NCBI GenBank assembly: GCA_913030945.1
Contig: CAJWEP010000001.1
Location: forward strand, 1-58,140
Source of the DNA: an uncultured Verrucomicrobiota bacterium
GTDB lineage: Bacteria > Verrucomicrobiota > Verrucomicrobiia > Limisphaerales > UBA1096
Direction of reading: 5' to 3'
Length of the DNA stretch: 58,140 nt
Shown: in pieces, positions 44,197 through 52,549 of the stretch
Position numbering within the stretch: position 1 is the stretch's first letter
How the letters are laid out: each line of letters begins with the position of its first letter
Made by a program: the position numbers and the translations under genes
The notes under the pieces: generated by a model
Seen by the model: only the letters and a program-made list of their open reading frames with translations
Database searches by the model: none
What the model was told of the DNA's origin: nothing

Positions 44197-46377
44197 TTAG
44201 TACACCCACGGACGAGCTTGCTTGATGGAAAAAGTTCCTTCCTTGGTAATCTTGAACTCAATTTCCATGGCAAATTTCGTGTCTTCCAATGTTTTCCCGT
44301 ACAATTTGCTGAACTTGCTGTGAATCTTGCCCAAATACCGGTTCATCTGCTCAAGTTGGCCCTCGGTCATAATCAGCTTATCATCTTTTACCAGATTGGA
44401 CTTGCGCATCACCTTGTAGTCACTTGGCCGCCACCAATCCAACAAAAGTTCTTCGGGGATCGAATCAGCATCGGGATTGGTCACCAGATCCTCGCCAACC
44501 TGGGTATTAATGTAATAGTTGCCCTTGGTCTGGTAAAGGATATCGTCGGTGACTGCGACACCGTTGGCCAGTTCATCGGAAAAGTTGAGATGAACAAGCA
44601 CACCCATGGCTGTGCTGAAGTGGTCGATCCGGTAGAATGTACGTTCCTCAAAGGCGCGGAAATTCCACAAACTGGCAAACACCTGCTTGACCGTTTTGGC
44701 CAAGTGGCCCTCGTCCGACTTGTGGGTGAAAGAGTCGTACAGGCCGGCACCGCTAAAGCCCGGGAGATCCTCGTTGTTGGTGCTGGAGCGACAGCGAATC
44801 CCCTGGCCGTTGGCGAAGGACTGCTGCAGCTTGGCCAAGTCCTCCATCATCCAGCCGGGCATTCTGCCAGACTTGACGAGTTTACGAAACGCCTTGAGCT
44901 GCTTGATTTGTTCGTCACGACTTTCTTTAAACGACTTGCTGTTCAACATTGCACGGGCCTTGTCGTACAGGCCGTTGTGTTTCATGAAGGCATCGTAAAA
45001 ATGAAACGGCACGGCATGGCCGCTTGGCACGGTGCCTTCGGGAAAATCCAGCGTGTGCAGCATGGCGAGGTTGGTGGCCTTCACGCCGAACGCGTCGGAG
45101 TCGTCGAAGCTGATCTTGTCGAGCGGCTTGATCTCCTTTACGGACAATTCACGCTTGGGTGTCTGCAGTTTGGCCGGGCGAATATCGGCGAAATGTTTGT
45201 CCACTTCTTTAGCCGAAGCCTCACGCAGTTCGTAGCCGTTGGAGGTAACTTTGTAGTAAACAAATTTGCCAATCAGCGATGTGATTTCCCTGTTTTCCGC
45301 TGCGCCGGTAATAAACGCGTTCGGGACACTATCCTGAATGGCTCGCAGATTGACGTGTGAAAGGGGCGTCTGCCGAACAGCAGTAATCACACCGGCGACT
45401 CGCGGCATCTCATTTGGAAGCGTTTTGTAGATAACCACGTCTCGTGAACTCGGCAACTCGTCGGGCTTCATCAGGCGCAACCGGCCAAACGACTCCGCCG
45501 CGTTGAGCGGCAGAAAGCCGATGTCGCTCTCGAGATCCTCGTCCAGCACGACCGGAAACCCGGCGGCATCGTACAGCGCCTTTTCCTCAAAATAAACCGG
45601 CCGGGCACGCGGCATCGGGTAGTAGCCGAGGCGTCCCTCAAGATACGGCATGTGCTTGGTGAGCATCTCGTACGAGAGCTGGATGCGGTCGAACGGATAA
45701 CGGTCATTCGGCTCGTACTCAAATGTGAACATGCCGGGCTGACCATTGGGCGACCTTTTGAGTGGACGATAAACAAGCACCCCACGCATTGAGCCGTCAC
45801 CACGCTGGATTCCGATCTGGCGCATGAACATTGGATGTCCCCGGTGAGTCTTGGTGTTGATGAAGTACAACACCGGTTCCCCCTTGTCCACATCCTCGAT
45901 CTGAAACTTCACAAACTTCCAGTTGGCCAAGTGAGTATCGACCATCACTATTGGACCTTGATAGGAAAGTTTTTCGAACATCTCCCTATCGGGAATCGAA
46001 GCCACGCCGTCCTTGAAGTCGAGCTTTTCCGGCGGGATTCGCTCTATTCCCGGTTCATCGCCCCGACTGTTGCCTCGACCACTTCGGCCCTTGCTGCTGC
46101 TTCGGCCGCCAAAACCACCGGGGCCGCCGAAACTTGGGCGCAACTCGTTTCCATCAATCTTGCCGTCGCCATTTTTGTCCAGTGCAGTCAGTGCTTTCTC
46201 GGCATTCTGTATTTCCGCAGCAGAGATTACCCCATCCTTGTTTTCATCCAAAGCGGTCATAACAGGAATAATCATTCCGCCCGGACCTCGTCCTCCACCT
46301 CGCGAAGGCTGCGCCTGCAAAGTGAACGCCATGGCAAACACCACTCCAACTGCTGTGAATCGGATTATTTGTTTCAT
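44197..46377 (-). CDS. Signal-peptide protein: EF-hand pair, unknown middle region and PEP/pyruvate-binding (PPDK_N, ATP-grasp) domain
   Basis: Start at ATG 46377 (MKQIIRFTAVGVVFAMAFTLQAQ). 'LDENKDGVISAAE...LDKNGDGKIDGNE'. C-terminal 'FGVKATNLAML', 'IRCRSSTNNEDLPGFSGAGLYDSF', 'VKQVFASLWNFRAFEER', 'MGVLVH' are typical of the PPDK/PEP-synthase N-terminal nucleotide-binding domain. No phosphohistidine swivel or PEP-utiliser domain follows. Confidence 0.75.
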   Translation of the reverse strand: MKQIIRFTAVGVVFAMAFTLQAQPSRGGGRGPGGMIIPVMTALDENKDGVISAAEIQNAEKALTALDKNGDGKIDGNELRPSFGGPGGFGGRSSSKGRSGRGNSRGDEPGIERIPPEKLDFKDGVASIPDREMFEKLSYQGPIVMVDTHLANWKFVKFQIEDVDKGEPVLYFINTKTHRGHPMFMRQIGIQRGDGSMRGVLVYRPLKRSPNGQPGMFTFEYEPNDRYPFDRIQLSYEMLTKHMPYLEGRLGYYPMPRARPVYFEEKALYDAAGFPVVLDEDLESDIGFLPLNAAESFGRLRLMKPDELPSSRDVVIYKTLPNEMPRVAGVITAVRQTPLSHVNLRAIQDSVPNAFITGAAENREITSLIGKFVYYKVTSNGYELREASAKEVDKHFADIRPAKLQTPKRELSVKEIKPLDKISFDDSDAFGVKATNLAMLHTLDFPEGTVPSGHAVPFHFYDAFMKHNGLYDKARAMLNSKSFKESRDEQIKQLKAFRKLVKSGRMPGWMMEDLAKLQQSFANGQGIRCRSSTNNEDLPGFSGAGLYDSFTHKSDEGHLAKTVKQVFASLWNFRAFEERTFYRIDHFSTAMGVLVHLNFSDELANGVAVTDDILYQTKGNYYINTQVGEDLVTNPDADSIPEELLLDWWRPSDYKVMRKSNLVKDDKLIMTEGQLEQMNRYLGKIHSKFSKLYGKTLEDTKFAMEIEFKITKEGTFSIKQARPWVY

Positions 46378-46429
46378 AAAAAACTGCGGAAGAGAGATGC
46401 CTGTGTTTCCGAAAAAGTTACAGGCTAAA

Positions 46430-47140
46430 TCAAATATTGATCGGCTCGATGCACTCAGGCACCTCAAAACGGGGATTATTCATCAGCGGCGTGACATAGT
46501 GCTCCTGCATCGGCTCGTCGTTGAACGGCCGCAATAACCGCTTTAAATCGGCCGCTTTGCTTTCGAGTGAAAGCCAATTGCCGTAGTCGGCAGGATGGAC
46601 GATCACCGGCATGCGGTCGTGCACGCGCTTGGCCAAGCGATTGGGCGTCGTGGTGATAACGGTAAAGGTGCGTAGCGTCTCGACCTCCGCTTGGCCAAGC
46701 CCCGGCAACTCCGGCTCGGCAACCTGCTCCGGTATCATCCATGTTTCCCACAGTCCGGCAAGGCAGAACAGGTCGCCGTTACGCATTGAGTAGTAAACCG
46801 GCTGCTTGCCGCCTGGCCGCGATTCCCACTCGTAATAACCGTCCACCGGCAACAGGCAGCGCCTCCGCTGAAATGGCTTTCGGAAACTTGGCTTCTCGTC
46901 GATTGTCTCCGCCCGCGCGTTGGCCAACTTGGCCCCGATCGACTTGTCCCTGGCCCAAGACGGGATCAACCCCCACCGCATCGACTCCAGCCGGATGTCT
47001 CCCGGTTCGTGAACGGCCACGAGCGCGTTTTGGGTTGGCGCAAGGTTCAACCGGGGCGTGACCGGCGGTGCATCGCCCCTGGCCTTCACCTTCTTTTTGA
47101 CCTTGTCCCTGCCGGAACCCTGTGCCACCCGACAACACAT
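46430..47140 (-). CDS. SOS response-associated peptidase (SRAP/YedK, abasic-site crosslinking)
   Basis: N-terminal 'MC' (Cys2 nucleophile), 'RWGLIPSWA', 'CLLPVDGYYEW', 'FTVITTTPN...HDRMPVIV'. Confidence 0.85.
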   Translation of the reverse strand: MCCRVAQGSGRDKVKKKVKARGDAPPVTPRLNLAPTQNALVAVHEPGDIRLESMRWGLIPSWARDKSIGAKLANARAETIDEKPSFRKPFQRRRCLLPVDGYYEWESRPGGKQPVYYSMRNGDLFCLAGLWETWMIPEQVAEPELPGLGQAEVETLRTFTVITTTPNRLAKRVHDRMPVIVHPADYGNWLSLESKAADLKRLLRPFNDEPMQEHYVTPLMNNPRFEVPECIEPINI

Positions 47141-47146
47141 TTGGAG

Positions 47147-48682
47147 TTACTTTAGTTTGTTTAAATAATCGTCAATCTTCAATTTGGTGGATTCATCCAT
47201 TTTGATGAGGAGGGGCCAGGTGCGGTGGTAGCCTTCGCCGGGGAGTTTTTTCGTGGCGTCGATGCCGAGCTTGCTGCCGATTGCGATGTCGGAGGTGGCG
47301 TGGTCGAGGACGTCGGCCGGGCCCTTGCTGAAAAGGCTGTCGCGCTGCGGGTCGGTGTTGGCGCAGAGGTGGAAGAGTACTTCACTGGTATTGTGAACGT
47401 CCACGCCATCATCAACAACGATGATGTACTTGGTGAACATCATCTGGCCCATGCCCCACAAGCCGTTCATGATTTTGAAGGCCTGCATCGGATAGGTTTT
47501 TTTGATGCTCACGAAGACGAGGTTGTGAAACACGCCCTCGGCCGGAAGCGCGATGTCCACAATCTCCGGGAAGGTCATCCGGAAAATCGGCAGGAACAGT
47601 TTCACGCTGGCGCTGCCCATGTAAAAATCCTCCATCGGCGGGATGCCAACGATCGTCGCAGGATAAACGGCGTGTTTGCGGTGGGTGATGGCAGTGATGT
47701 GTAAAACGGGATAAGGCTCAGGCAGGGTGTAGTAGCCGGTGTGGTCGCCGAACGGCCCCTCGTCGCGGAGCGGTTCGGTCGGATCGACGTAGCCCTCGAT
47801 GACGATGTCGGCGTTGGCCGGGACCTCGAGGTCGCTGGTCTCGCACTTCACCATCTCGACCGACCTGCGGCGGAGGTAGCCGGCGAGCAGGAATTCATCC
47901 AGCCCGTCCGGCAGCGGCGCGGTGGCGCAAAAGGTGTACACCGGGTCGCCGCCGAGGAAGACAGCCACCGGCATGCGCTCGCCGGTCTCGTAGTAGCGGC
48001 GGCCGTGCCGCGCGGCGACTTTCTGCAACTGCCAGTGCATGCCTGTCGATTGGCCGTCATAAACCTGCATGCGGTACAGGCCAAGGTTGCGGTCGCCGGT
48101 GTCAGGGTCGCGGGTGACGACGCAGGGCAGCGTGAGGAACCGCCCGCCGTCGAGCGGCCAACATTTCAGGATCGGCAGGTCGAGGAGGGAGGGAGGACTT
48201 GGATCGAGGGTTGAGGGGTCATCGACATCCGGTGCGCCTGGCCAAGGCTCGGTTCGCGGGGCCGGCGTGTCGAAGCGATGGGTAACCTCCTTGCACGGGC
48301 CGCTCCTGACGCGCTTGGGCTTGGCGTGACGCAGGGCCAGCGCCTGGCCAAGCAGCGCGACGGTTTCACGAACGCCGGTGGGCGGCTTGGCCTGGATGAG
48401 TAAGCCCAACTCGGCGGCAATGGCATCGACGCTTTCCGCGCCAAGCGCCATGGCCACGCGCCTGACTGAGCCCATCATGTTGATGGCAACCGGATGCGGT
48501 GAAATCCGGCCGTTGACGGTGGGTTGCTCGATGAGTAGCGCCTTGCCGCCGCCCGTTTTTTTCATCTCGCGATCGGCCAACTCGGTGATTTCCAACTCGG
48601 TGGCCAGCGGCTGACTGACGCGGGTCAGTTCACCCGCCTGCTCGAGGGCGTTCAGGAATGCCGCGTATGATTCGTAGGCCAT
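47147..48682 (-). CDS. ubiD: UbiD-family (prenyl-FMN dependent) decarboxylase
   Basis: Start at ATG 48682: 'MAYESYAAFLNALEQAGELTRV...LEITELADR', 'NLGLYRMQV', 'GDHTGYY', 'KYIIVVDDGVDVHN'. The 596-aa track ORF is an upstream extension. Confidence 0.85.
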   Translation of the reverse strand: MAYESYAAFLNALEQAGELTRVSQPLATELEITELADREMKKTGGGKALLIEQPTVNGRISPHPVAINMMGSVRRVAMALGAESVDAIAAELGLLIQAKPPTGVRETVALLGQALALRHAKPKRVRSGPCKEVTHRFDTPAPRTEPWPGAPDVDDPSTLDPSPPSLLDLPILKCWPLDGGRFLTLPCVVTRDPDTGDRNLGLYRMQVYDGQSTGMHWQLQKVAARHGRRYYETGERMPVAVFLGGDPVYTFCATAPLPDGLDEFLLAGYLRRRSVEMVKCETSDLEVPANADIVIEGYVDPTEPLRDEGPFGDHTGYYTLPEPYPVLHITAITHRKHAVYPATIVGIPPMEDFYMGSASVKLFLPIFRMTFPEIVDIALPAEGVFHNLVFVSIKKTYPMQAFKIMNGLWGMGQMMFTKYIIVVDDGVDVHNTSEVLFHLCANTDPQRDSLFSKGPADVLDHATSDIAIGSKLGIDATKKLPGEGYHRTWPLLIKMDESTKLKIDDYLNKLK

Positions 48683-48798
48683 GAGGAAGTGCTTATTCCG
48701 ACACCGCAGCCAGGGAGGCGGAGTCAGGAGGCAGCTTATTGGCTCGACTCCGCTTGGCCAAGCCCTACAATTCGCGTCCCCGACAAATCCAGAAATCC

Positions 48799-50277
48799 AT
48801 GAGACAAAACACGATCCAACTCTTGGGCCGGTTGACTGCGGTCGCCGCCATGTGCCTCGCGCTTGGCCAGGCCAAGGCCAAGCCGAATGTGCTGTTCCTC
48901 TTCGCCGACGACCAATGCTTCGAGACAATCGGCGCACTTGGCCTGACCGACATCGACACGCCGAACCTCGACCGCCTGGTGAACCGCGGCACGCAGTTCA
49001 CCCGCGCGTACAATATGGGCTCATGGAGCGGCGCGGTCTGCGTGGCCAGTCGCCACATGCTCATCACCGGCCGGCACATCTGGCGGGCGCAACAGGCATC
49101 ACAGGCGCTGCGCGGCAAAGGCAAAAACCTGACGCCCGGACAGCAGGCCACGCGCGAGTCGGAGTACGCCAACCTCTGGCCGCAGGTCATGGGACGCGCC
49201 GGTTACCAGACGTTTTTCACCGGCAAATGGCATATCCAGGCTCCTGCCGACAAGGCATTTCAAGTCGCCCGGAACATTCGCGGTGGCATGCCGAACCAGA
49301 CGCCGAAGGGCTACAACCGGCCGCTACCCGGCAAGCCCGACCCGTGGAGCCCGTACGACGTGAAGTTCGACGGATTCTGGAAAGGCGGCAAGCATTGGAG
49401 CGAGGTGGTCGGTGACGACGCGGTCGATTACATCGGCGAAGCCAAGCAGGACGAGCGGCCGTTCTTCATGTACATCGCGTTCAACGCACCACACGACCCC
49501 AGACAGGCGCCGAAGGAATACGTCGACCGCTACCCATTGAGCCGCATCAAAGTGCCGGAAAACTATCTCAGCGAGTACCCGGACAAGGACTCCATCGGCT
49601 GCGGGGCCAATCTGCGCGACGAAAAACTCGGGCCGTTCCCTCGCACGCATCACGCGGTGAAGGTGCACCGGCAGGAATATTACGCGATCATCGAGCACAT
49701 GGACGCGCAGATCGGGCGCATCCTCGACGCGCTGGACGCCTCCGGCCAGGCGGAGAACACCTATATCTTTTTCAGCGCCGACCACGGGCTGGCGGTCGGC
49801 CATCACGGGTTGTTCGGCAAGCAGAACCTGTACGAGCACAGCACGCACGTGCCGTTCATCGCGGTCGGCCCGGGCATCAAGGCCAGCCACAAAATCGACG
49901 CGCCGATCTACCTGCAGGACGTTATGGCCACTTCACTGGACATCGCCGGGGCCAAGCGCCCGGAGCAGGTCGAGTTCCAGAGCCTACTACCGCTGTTGCA
50001 CGGCGAGACCGCGGAGTCACAGGTCAAGGCGGTTTACGGCGCATACCTCGGCCTGCAGCGCTCGGTGACGGTCGGCAACTGGAAGCTCATCCTTTACCCG
50101 AAAATCTCCAAGACGCGCCTGTACAATATCCGGAGGGATCCGCTCGAGATGACCGACCATGCCGGCGACAAGTCGAAGGCCAAGCTCATCAAGCGCCTTT
50201 ACAAGCGCCTGCGGAAGCTGCAGCAGGCCAACGGCGACACTCTCGATCTCAATGCAGCCTTCCCCCACCTGAGCTAA
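48799..50277 (+). CDS. Secreted sulfatase (Cys-type, C-V-A-S-R)
   Basis: Start at ATG 48799 (signal 'LTAVAAMCLALGQAKA'). 'KPNVLFLFADDQ', 'AVCVASRHMLITGR', 'GKWH', 'FFSADHG'. Confidence 0.85.
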   Translation: MRQNTIQLLGRLTAVAAMCLALGQAKAKPNVLFLFADDQCFETIGALGLTDIDTPNLDRLVNRGTQFTRAYNMGSWSGAVCVASRHMLITGRHIWRAQQASQALRGKGKNLTPGQQATRESEYANLWPQVMGRAGYQTFFTGKWHIQAPADKAFQVARNIRGGMPNQTPKGYNRPLPGKPDPWSPYDVKFDGFWKGGKHWSEVVGDDAVDYIGEAKQDERPFFMYIAFNAPHDPRQAPKEYVDRYPLSRIKVPENYLSEYPDKDSIGCGANLRDEKLGPFPRTHHAVKVHRQEYYAIIEHMDAQIGRILDALDASGQAENTYIFFSADHGLAVGHHGLFGKQNLYEHSTHVPFIAVGPGIKASHKIDAPIYLQDVMATSLDIAGAKRPEQVEFQSLLPLLHGETAESQVKAVYGAYLGLQRSVTVGNWKLILYPKISKTRLYNIRRDPLEMTDHAGDKSKAKLIKRLYKRLRKLQQANGDTLDLNAAFPHLS

Positions 50278-50298
50278 CCCTGCTTTGCCTACAACACC

Positions 50299-52530
50299 TT
50301 GAGCAATCTAATTGATCGAGCGGCGATACAGCGGACAACAATCTTCACAACACTTTTAATGCTTGGTCTTGGCCAAGCAGCAATCGCCGCCGAGCACTCC
50401 ATCATCGCGCCGGAAAGCAAAGGCACTTTCCGGGGTCGTCCAACCGTCGCTGCTGCGCGCGTCAACCAAGCCCCCGACATCGACGGTCATCTTATTGACG
50501 AAACATGGAGCTTGGCTCAGCCGGCTGGCGAGTTCTTTCAAAAGGAACCCAAGCAGAATATACCACACTCACAGCGCACCGAGTTTCGTGTACTCTACAA
50601 TAATGATACCCTATTCGTTGGCGTGTGGTGTTTTGATACGGAGGCCCGCAATATTATTGCCCACACCATGGAACGTGATGTTATGATGCGTTATGAAGAC
50701 ATGGTAAATATCACCCTTGATACCTTTCAAGATCGCAGGAATGGCTATGTATTCACAATTAATCCTAATGGAGGCAGAAGTGATGCAACTGTTAGCAACA
50801 ATACTTCGCGCAACGGTGAATGGGATGGGGCGTGGAAAGCGAAAAGTAAAAAACATGCCTGGGGTTGGAGCACTGAGGTAGCCATCCCTTTCAAGTCATT
50901 GAGTTTTGACGAAAAGAATGACAACTGGGGAATCAACATCTACCGAAATATTGGTCGTTTTGGAGAACGGGGTCAGTGGGCTAACTCACGTCCACCCAAT
51001 CGCAGTTATTATATCTCAGAGTGTGGCAACTTGACTGGACTGCATGGGCTAAAACAGGGGATGGGGCTGGATATCACGCCTTATGCAACGGGCAAATACA
51101 GTAAGGACTATGACTCCAATGATTCTGATCTACTTGGGGACTTTGGTTTCGATGTCCGCTATCGACTCACGCCCAGCCTGACTGCCCTAGCCAGCATAAA
51201 CACCGATTTTGCAGAAGCAGAAATCGACACACGCCAGGTGAACTTCACACGTTACCCGCTGTTCTTTCCCGAGAAACGGCAGTTTTTCCTCGAAGACTCT
51301 GGCATCTTTGGTTTCGGAGGCGGAGAATCATCCCGCCGCCGGTCGGGTGCTCTGCTGATGCCTTTCTTCAGTCGACGTATTGGCCTAAGCAGCAATGGAC
51401 AGATTGCCCCCATTCATTTTGCCGGAAAAGTGACAGGGCGTGTTAAAAACTACAACATTGGCCTGCTCGACGCGATGGTGGAAGGAGACAACCATCCTCG
51501 CAATGCTTTCGTCGGCCGCGTCAGTCGCAATGTATTCGAGCAATCGTCGTTCGGATTCCTGACCACCGTGGGTGATCCCAACTCGGATGAAATGAACTCG
51601 GTGACGGGTGTCGACTTTCAGTACCGCAACACTGACTTCATGGGGGGACACACCTTCGAGGTAAACCTTTATGCGCTTGGTTCCTACTCCGAGGATTTGG
51701 GCGGCTTGGAACCGGCCTGGGCAACCAACGCAAAGTTATATGACCGGAATATCGAACTGTCGGCCAGGGTGATGGAGATCGGCAACGACTTCAACCCGGC
51801 CATGGGCTTCGTACGTCGGCGAGGAACACGGCGTTACATGCTCGCAGCGGATTTCACACCCTACTTCGAGGAAATCAGTTGGTTGCGAAACACCCGCCAC
51901 GGTTACGAGGCGGAGCTTTACACCGATCTCGGGAATGATGTCGTGAACACCAAGCAGACCTTCAACCTGGCATCCCTTTCCTTTGAAAGTCAGGAACTTC
52001 TCTCTTTTTCGGTCTCGCACTTTACTGATCGCCCGAAAAAGGACTTTGATATTTCGGATGGAACTGTCATTCCGGCGGGGGATTATGATTGGTGGAATGC
52101 GAGGCTTTCTTTGAATACCGGTTTGTATCGAAAGTTCGCCGCAGCCAACTCCTACACCGTGGGCGGGTTTTACGATGGCAACCGGCAACAACTTTCGTCT
52201 ACACTCGTTTATCGTCCAACGAAACGGATTTCACTCACCTTGGATTACTCCTTGAACCTCATTGATTGGGAGCAATTTGAGGATTCAACTATTAATCTGA
52301 TTTCCGGAAGGGTTCAGTACAGTTTTACCCCGGATCTGACCCTCTTCAACCTGATCCAGTATGACGACATATCAAATTCAATCGGGGTCAACAGCCGGCT
52401 GCAGTGGGAGTACAAACCGGGGGCAAAAATGTTCTTTGTGGTCAATCAGGGGTACGTCGACGAGATGACCGGCTTCGTGATCAAGGACCTTGAGGTGGTG
52501 GCCAAGGTTGGCGGACTGTTTCGTTTTTAA
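50299..52530 (+). CDS. Secreted CBM9-like plus DUF5916-type beta-barrel protein (tandem paralog A)
   Basis: Signal 'LLMLGLGQAAIAAE'. N-terminal 'APDIDGHLIDETWSLAQPAGEFFQKEP...LYNNDTLFVGVWCFD' is CBM9-like. The long C-terminal region with alternating beta-strand pattern ends in '...VVAKVGGLFRF'. The DUF5916 assignment is from memory. Confidence 0.65.
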   Translation: MSNLIDRAAIQRTTIFTTLLMLGLGQAAIAAEHSIIAPESKGTFRGRPTVAAARVNQAPDIDGHLIDETWSLAQPAGEFFQKEPKQNIPHSQRTEFRVLYNNDTLFVGVWCFDTEARNIIAHTMERDVMMRYEDMVNITLDTFQDRRNGYVFTINPNGGRSDATVSNNTSRNGEWDGAWKAKSKKHAWGWSTEVAIPFKSLSFDEKNDNWGINIYRNIGRFGERGQWANSRPPNRSYYISECGNLTGLHGLKQGMGLDITPYATGKYSKDYDSNDSDLLGDFGFDVRYRLTPSLTALASINTDFAEAEIDTRQVNFTRYPLFFPEKRQFFLEDSGIFGFGGGESSRRRSGALLMPFFSRRIGLSSNGQIAPIHFAGKVTGRVKNYNIGLLDAMVEGDNHPRNAFVGRVSRNVFEQSSFGFLTTVGDPNSDEMNSVTGVDFQYRNTDFMGGHTFEVNLYALGSYSEDLGGLEPAWATNAKLYDRNIELSARVMEIGNDFNPAMGFVRRRGTRRYMLAADFTPYFEEISWLRNTRHGYEAELYTDLGNDVVNTKQTFNLASLSFESQELLSFSVSHFTDRPKKDFDISDGTVIPAGDYDWWNARLSLNTGLYRKFAAANSYTVGGFYDGNRQQLSSTLVYRPTKRISLTLDYSLNLIDWEQFEDSTINLISGRVQYSFTPDLTLFNLIQYDDISNSIGVNSRLQWEYKPGAKMFFVVNQGYVDEMTGFVIKDLEVVAKVGGLFRF

Positions 52531-52549
52531 TCATTGAGTGGAATAATAG

